Below are positions 59,362-62,897 of a stretch of DNA of 62,897 nucleotides, piece by piece. The number at the start of each line of letters is the position of its first letter. Position 1 is the first letter of the stretch. Source of the stretch: a virus (Duplodnaviria; Caudoviricetes). The stretch lies in IMG/VR virus record IMGVR_UViG_3300025030_000106, positions 1 through 62,897 of that record. The stretch is one strand, 5' to 3'. The notes beneath the pieces were generated by a model. That model did not search any database. It was not told where the DNA came from and was given only the letters and a program-made list of their open reading frames with translations. Made by a program: the position numbers and the translations under genes.

Positions 59362-60681
59362 ATGCCTGCTTCTGCAAGTGCTGCTCAAGTACGATACCTT
59401 GAAGAAGTTGTCCGCGGGACAACTCCTTCCGGGAACCCTACTGAGATCAGGGTTACTGGTGAGTCCTTAAACCAGAGTGTCGAGTCTGCCGCCAGCCAGG
59501 AACTCCGTGATGACCGGATGACTCCTGACAGTATTTTGACTGGCGGTCAAGTTGGCGGAGCCCTGAACTTCGAGATGTCGTTTGAAACCTACGACACGTT
59601 CCTCGAAGCTCTGCTTGCCGGAACCTTTGCCACGATCGGGACCGACAGTACGGACCCGGTGGCGGATGCGACGTTCTCCTCAACGGATAACAGTCTGAAC
59701 TCTGCCGGCAACAGTATTCCTTACACCTTGATTGCTCTGGGGCAGTGGGTTCGAGTAGCAAGTGCCAGGACCGCGGCGAACGTTGGTATTTATCGGGCGT
59801 CAACGACTGTCGCTGCTACTGGTGCGAAGCTGCGGTTTGACACCGCGGTCAAGACGGTGACGACTGATGCCGTAGCGCATATGGCGACTATCTCCTCGGC
59901 CCGGCTGAAGAATGGTGTAGCTGCCCTACGGACATTCTCGATGGAAAAAGAGTTCACTGATGTCAGCCAGCACTTTATGTTTACCGGGTGTGGTGTTGAG
60001 TCAGCCAGCCTTGACTTCTCGACGGGGTCGATGCTGACCGGGTCGTTCAACTTCCTGGGACAAAGTTGTACCCGGGCGACCGCTACTCAGTTCCCCTCGG
60101 GGCTGGGTTCGGTAGTTGCAGCGACGACTTCACCGGTTATGAACTCTGTACAGGGGACCACGGTTCTTCTGGACGGGGCATCGCTGGGTGAGAGCTGTGC
60201 TGAGTCGTTTTCTCTGAATATCGGGACAGGGCTTCGCGGCATCCGATGTTTGGGCAGTGGCCTGGGGTTCTCAGCCCTTGTTCTGGGTACCTTTGAGATC
60301 ACGGCCAACCTTAACATTTTCTTCGGGGCGGCGTCTTCGGCTGCGGTTTATGACAAGATGATCCTGAATCAGCCGCTGTCGTTCGCGATCGCGGTCTCTG
60401 ATGCTAACGGTAAGGGGTATGGGTTCAACCTGGATCGGGCGAAACTGTCCAGCTGCGAAATCGTGGCCGGTGGGATCAATACCGACGTCATCATGAACCT
60501 GGGCCTGACGGCAACGATCGACACGGTTTCCAACGCGATGATCAGTATTGATCGTTTTGGTGACACCGGGCCGAGCGGGGCTGCCAGTGCGAGCCCGAGT
60601 TCTTCTAACTCTTCGAGCCCGACGACAAGCCCAAGTTCGAGTGTGTCGGCTTCACCTTCATCCAGCCCGAGCGCTTCTTAA
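59362..60681 (+). CDS. Major tail tube protein with Ser-rich C-terminus
   Basis: EE..GTTP, S.ELR.DR, GG.LNFE and FS.EK.F.D motifs. Confidence 0.85.
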   Translation: MPASASAAQVRYLEEVVRGTTPSGNPTEIRVTGESLNQSVESAASQELRDDRMTPDSILTGGQVGGALNFEMSFETYDTFLEALLAGTFATIGTDSTDPVADATFSSTDNSLNSAGNSIPYTLIALGQWVRVASARTAANVGIYRASTTVAATGAKLRFDTAVKTVTTDAVAHMATISSARLKNGVAALRTFSMEKEFTDVSQHFMFTGCGVESASLDFSTGSMLTGSFNFLGQSCTRATATQFPSGLGSVVAATTSPVMNSVQGTTVLLDGASLGESCAESFSLNIGTGLRGIRCLGSGLGFSALVLGTFEITANLNIFFGAASSAAVYDKMILNQPLSFAIAVSDANGKGYGFNLDRAKLSSCEIVAGGINTDVIMNLGLTATIDTVSNAMISIDRFGDTGPSGAASASPSSSNSSSPTTSPSSSVSASPSSSPSAS

Positions 60682-60706
60682 AGTACTCAGGTTTTCAAAG
60701 CTCAAC

Positions 60707-60741
60707 AAAAAGCAGGAGGCCTCAGGCCTCCTGCTTTTTTT
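60707..60741. terminator. Bidirectional intrinsic terminator
   Basis: AAAAAGCAGGAGGCCT-C-AGGCCTCCTGCTTTTTTT. Confidence 0.85.
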
Positions 60742-60901
60742 CTTGTTCCAGAACCCTGCCAAACAGGTCGTGTCCTTCGATCAACCGTTGAAGTACTGCT
60801 GAGTTGTTCAACCCGGTCTTGTTACAGATCAGCGCGAGCTTTTTCTGATGAAAAGGTGTGAGGGTTATCTGCACTATTTTGTTATCTTTCTTAATCGCCA
60901 C
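60722..60901 (-). CDS. 59-aa ribbon-helix-helix-like protein, antisense in the tail operon (not in ORF track)
   Basis: AGAGGT RBS, GTG start; MAIKKDNKIVQITLTPFHQKKLALICNKTGLNNSAVLQRLIE. Confidence 0.6.
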   Translation of the reverse strand: MAIKKDNKIVQITLTPFHQKKLALICNKTGLNNSAVLQRLIEGHDLFGRVLEQEKKQEA

Positions 60902-61024
60902 GCTTGACCTCTCTAGTAAAAGTTAATGACTCAATGACTTCTTTATATACGATTCCACTTGATATTGCAAGTTGCATCTGATATCTTTAGAGTAACTTTA
61001 ACCCCTCTATAGGAGATTGCAGTT

Positions 61025-61435
61025 ATGCTCGACATCGACAAGGTATTCGGTTTTGACGAAAAGATGGCCAAAGACGGCGTGAAGATGATCCTCGACATCA
61101 AAGGGGAGCAGTTCTTTCTCGTGCGCCGAACCCCTAACCCGGACTACGAGCGACAGCTGGGCCAGGAGTATCGCCGGTATGAGAAGGTCCTTAAGCTGAA
61201 GACCCCTGAGTCGGAGGAGCTGTCTCAGAAGCTGATGGCAGAAGTCTTGGCCAAGACCGTGCTGATTGGCTGGGGTGGAATCTCGGTCAAGGGCAAGAAG
61301 CTGGAGTTCACTGTCGAGAATGCCACCAAGCTCCTGCTTGACTACCCAGCGCTGCGGACGTCAATTATTGACTTCGCTCAAGAGGCCAGCAATTTCCGGC
61401 CCACGGACGACCCGGCTGAAATAAAAAAGCCTTAA
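61025..61435 (+). CDS. Tail assembly chaperone (gpG-like)
   Basis: NPDY...VLIGWGG...F..ENA..LL; ends in slippery A AAA AAG. Confidence 0.85.
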   Translation: MLDIDKVFGFDEKMAKDGVKMILDIKGEQFFLVRRTPNPDYERQLGQEYRRYEKVLKLKTPESEELSQKLMAEVLAKTVLIGWGGISVKGKKLEFTVENATKLLLDYPALRTSIIDFAQEASNFRPTDDPAEIKKP

Positions 61436-61812
61436 TTCCTTACATCGACTGGTCGGTCGAGTGGGGTGAACACATAGCGGTGCTTGAGAGTGCTGCCAAA
61501 TCTGGCAACATTCCTCAAGCACTTCGAAATCGTCCAACAGTGGAGTGGTGGCACATTTCACTGGTACATGACTTTTCAAGGCTTCACCAATCAAGAACAT
61601 ATGGCATGTCTGGGGCTAATCCCCTTGACTTGCCTTCTATTATTGCCTACAATGAAGCAGTCAGTAAAGAACCAATGGAGTTCTTTATCGACATCATGCA
61701 GGAGTTGGATAGCACTTTTCTGAAAGCTGAGAGAAAAAAGGCCGAAAGAAAAGGTAAAGCGAAAAAAGTAACTAACTCTTCCAGTACCAAGGGCCGGAAA
61801 TCGGGGCGGTAA
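61423..61812 (+). CDS. Tail assembly chaperone -1 frameshift extension (gpT-like)
   Basis: A AAA AAG at 61423-61429 leads into an open -1 frame ALIPYIDW...F.RLHQSR..GMSG.NPL. Confidence 0.8.
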   Translation, partial: KKALIPYIDWSVEWGEHIAVLESAAKSGNIPQALRNRPTVEWWHISLVHDFSRLHQSRTYGMSGANPLDLPSIIAYNEAVSKEPMEFFIDIMQELDSTFLKAERKKAERKGKAKKVTNSSSTKGRKSGR

Positions 61813-61816
61813 TTAA

Positions 61817-62897
61817 GTGCGAAGAGCTCACAAAATAAAGTTAAAGCCAAACAATAAGCAAGCCACTTTCTTTAAGAAAGCCTGTGGTGTCCGACGTCTG
61901 GCTTTTAACTGGGGTCTGGCGGAGTGGAAAAGACAATACGAAGCTGGGGAGAAGCCCTCTACCTCTGGAATCAGAAAACAGTTCAACGCTTTGAAGAGGT
62001 CAGATTTCCTGTTTGCTTATGAGACTCCTGCAGGAGTAACTGCCCAAGCGTTTTCTGATCTTGACACTGCCTTTAAGAACTTTTTCAGAAAGACGTCAAG
62101 GTACCCAAGATTCAAAAAGAAAGATCAACGAGATGCTTTTCGATTAGATAACCAAAAATTTAAGCTTGATGGTAAAAGTATCAGGATACCAAAGTTGGGC
62201 TGGGTAAGAATGCAGGAGTCTCTCAGACTCTCAGGTAAGCTCTTATCAGCAACGGTGAGTAAAGAAGCAACAGGTTGGTTTGTATCTATCTTGGTAGAGA
62301 TTCCAGACGGTTCTGAATGCAGCGATAGCCAAGTGTATTCAGCCGTTGGCGTTGATCTCGGGATAGATAAATTGGCAGTGCTCTCTAACGGGAGAATTTT
62401 TGAGAATCCCAAGACGACAAAGAAATATGAAAAGAGACTTCGACGGCTCAATAAATCCCTGGCCAGGAAAAAGAAAGGTAGCAATAATCGAGAGAAAGCA
62501 AAAAAGAAGCTGGGCCTTTTGCATTCTAGAATCAGAAACGTCAGGAAAGACGTTTTGCATAAGTTGACGTCATACCTTGCTGATAACTATTCAGACATAT
62601 GTATAGAGGATCTGAATACATCAGGAATGGCGAAGAACCGACGTCTTGCAAAGAGTGTTCAAGACGCCTCTTTTTCTGAAATTAGAAGGCAACTTGTTTA
62701 TAAATCTATCAGAGTTCACGTCGTGGGGAGGTTCTTCCCAAGCACAAAGCTCTGTATGAGTTGTGGTCAGTTGCATGACATGCCGTTAAATAAGAGAACT
62801 TTCCAGTGCTCTTGTAATGGTGTCTCTATTGATAGAGACCTTCACGCAGCTCAAAATATACTACGGGCGGGTTGCCCGAACGTCAAGCCTGTGGAGA
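61817..62897 (+). CDS. tnpB: TnpB RNA-guided nuclease (copy C, runs off window end; not in ORF track)
   Basis: GTG start MRRAHKIKLKPNNKQ, open to the end; GVDLG, IEDL and DRD intact. Confidence 0.93.
   Translation, partial: MRRAHKIKLKPNNKQATFFKKACGVRRLAFNWGLAEWKRQYEAGEKPSTSGIRKQFNALKRSDFLFAYETPAGVTAQAFSDLDTAFKNFFRKTSRYPRFKKKDQRDAFRLDNQKFKLDGKSIRIPKLGWVRMQESLRLSGKLLSATVSKEATGWFVSILVEIPDGSECSDSQVYSAVGVDLGIDKLAVLSNGRIFENPKTTKKYEKRLRRLNKSLARKKKGSNNREKAKKKLGLLHSRIRNVRKDVLHKLTSYLADNYSDICIEDLNTSGMAKNRRLAKSVQDASFSEIRRQLVYKSIRVHVVGRFFPSTKLCMSCGQLHDMPLNKRTFQCSCNGVSIDRDLHAAQNILRAGCPNVKPVE

Noticed and set aside
62727-62897. Terminal overlap with 1-171 suggesting a complete circular genome
   Set aside because: Only 46-171 matches 62772-62897 exactly; the preceding 45 nt differ at several positions, and tape-measure and tail-tip genes are absent. 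More likely two different tnpB copies breaking the assembly.

Overview
The window is most of a tailed dsDNA phage genome, probably a siphovirus with a Gram-negative host (GH108 endolysin, lipoproteins, type IV pilin-like gene). No integrase was found, so it is probably lytic. Layout: 1-8.6 kb (+) tail-fibre-like and exported proteins plus lysis genes; 8.6-49.4 kb (-) replication/recombination genes (split SbcC, SbcD, MazG, RuvC, Pol I-type polymerase, D5-type primase-helicase, SNF2 helicase) and many small early genes; 49.75-61.8 kb (+) packaging, head and tail genes. Both contig ends lie inside tnpB copies that differ over their first 45 aligned nt, so the contig is probably not a closed circle, and the tape-measure/tail-tip region is missing. 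Most unusual signals: (i) three tnpB paralogs with no tnpA, diverged mainly at TAM-recognition segments and with different putative guides; (ii) a (GTTGAC)15 array plus an apparent genome-wide excess of the periodic GTYRAC/RACGTY motif; (iii) two tRNA-shaped RNAs lacking a normal anticodon arm, sharing a motif with two other structured intergenic elements; (iv) tail-fibre homologues carrying Sec signal peptides; (v) a 17-bp palindrome repeated six times in the early region. All calls come from reading motifs by eye; no database search or folding computation was run.
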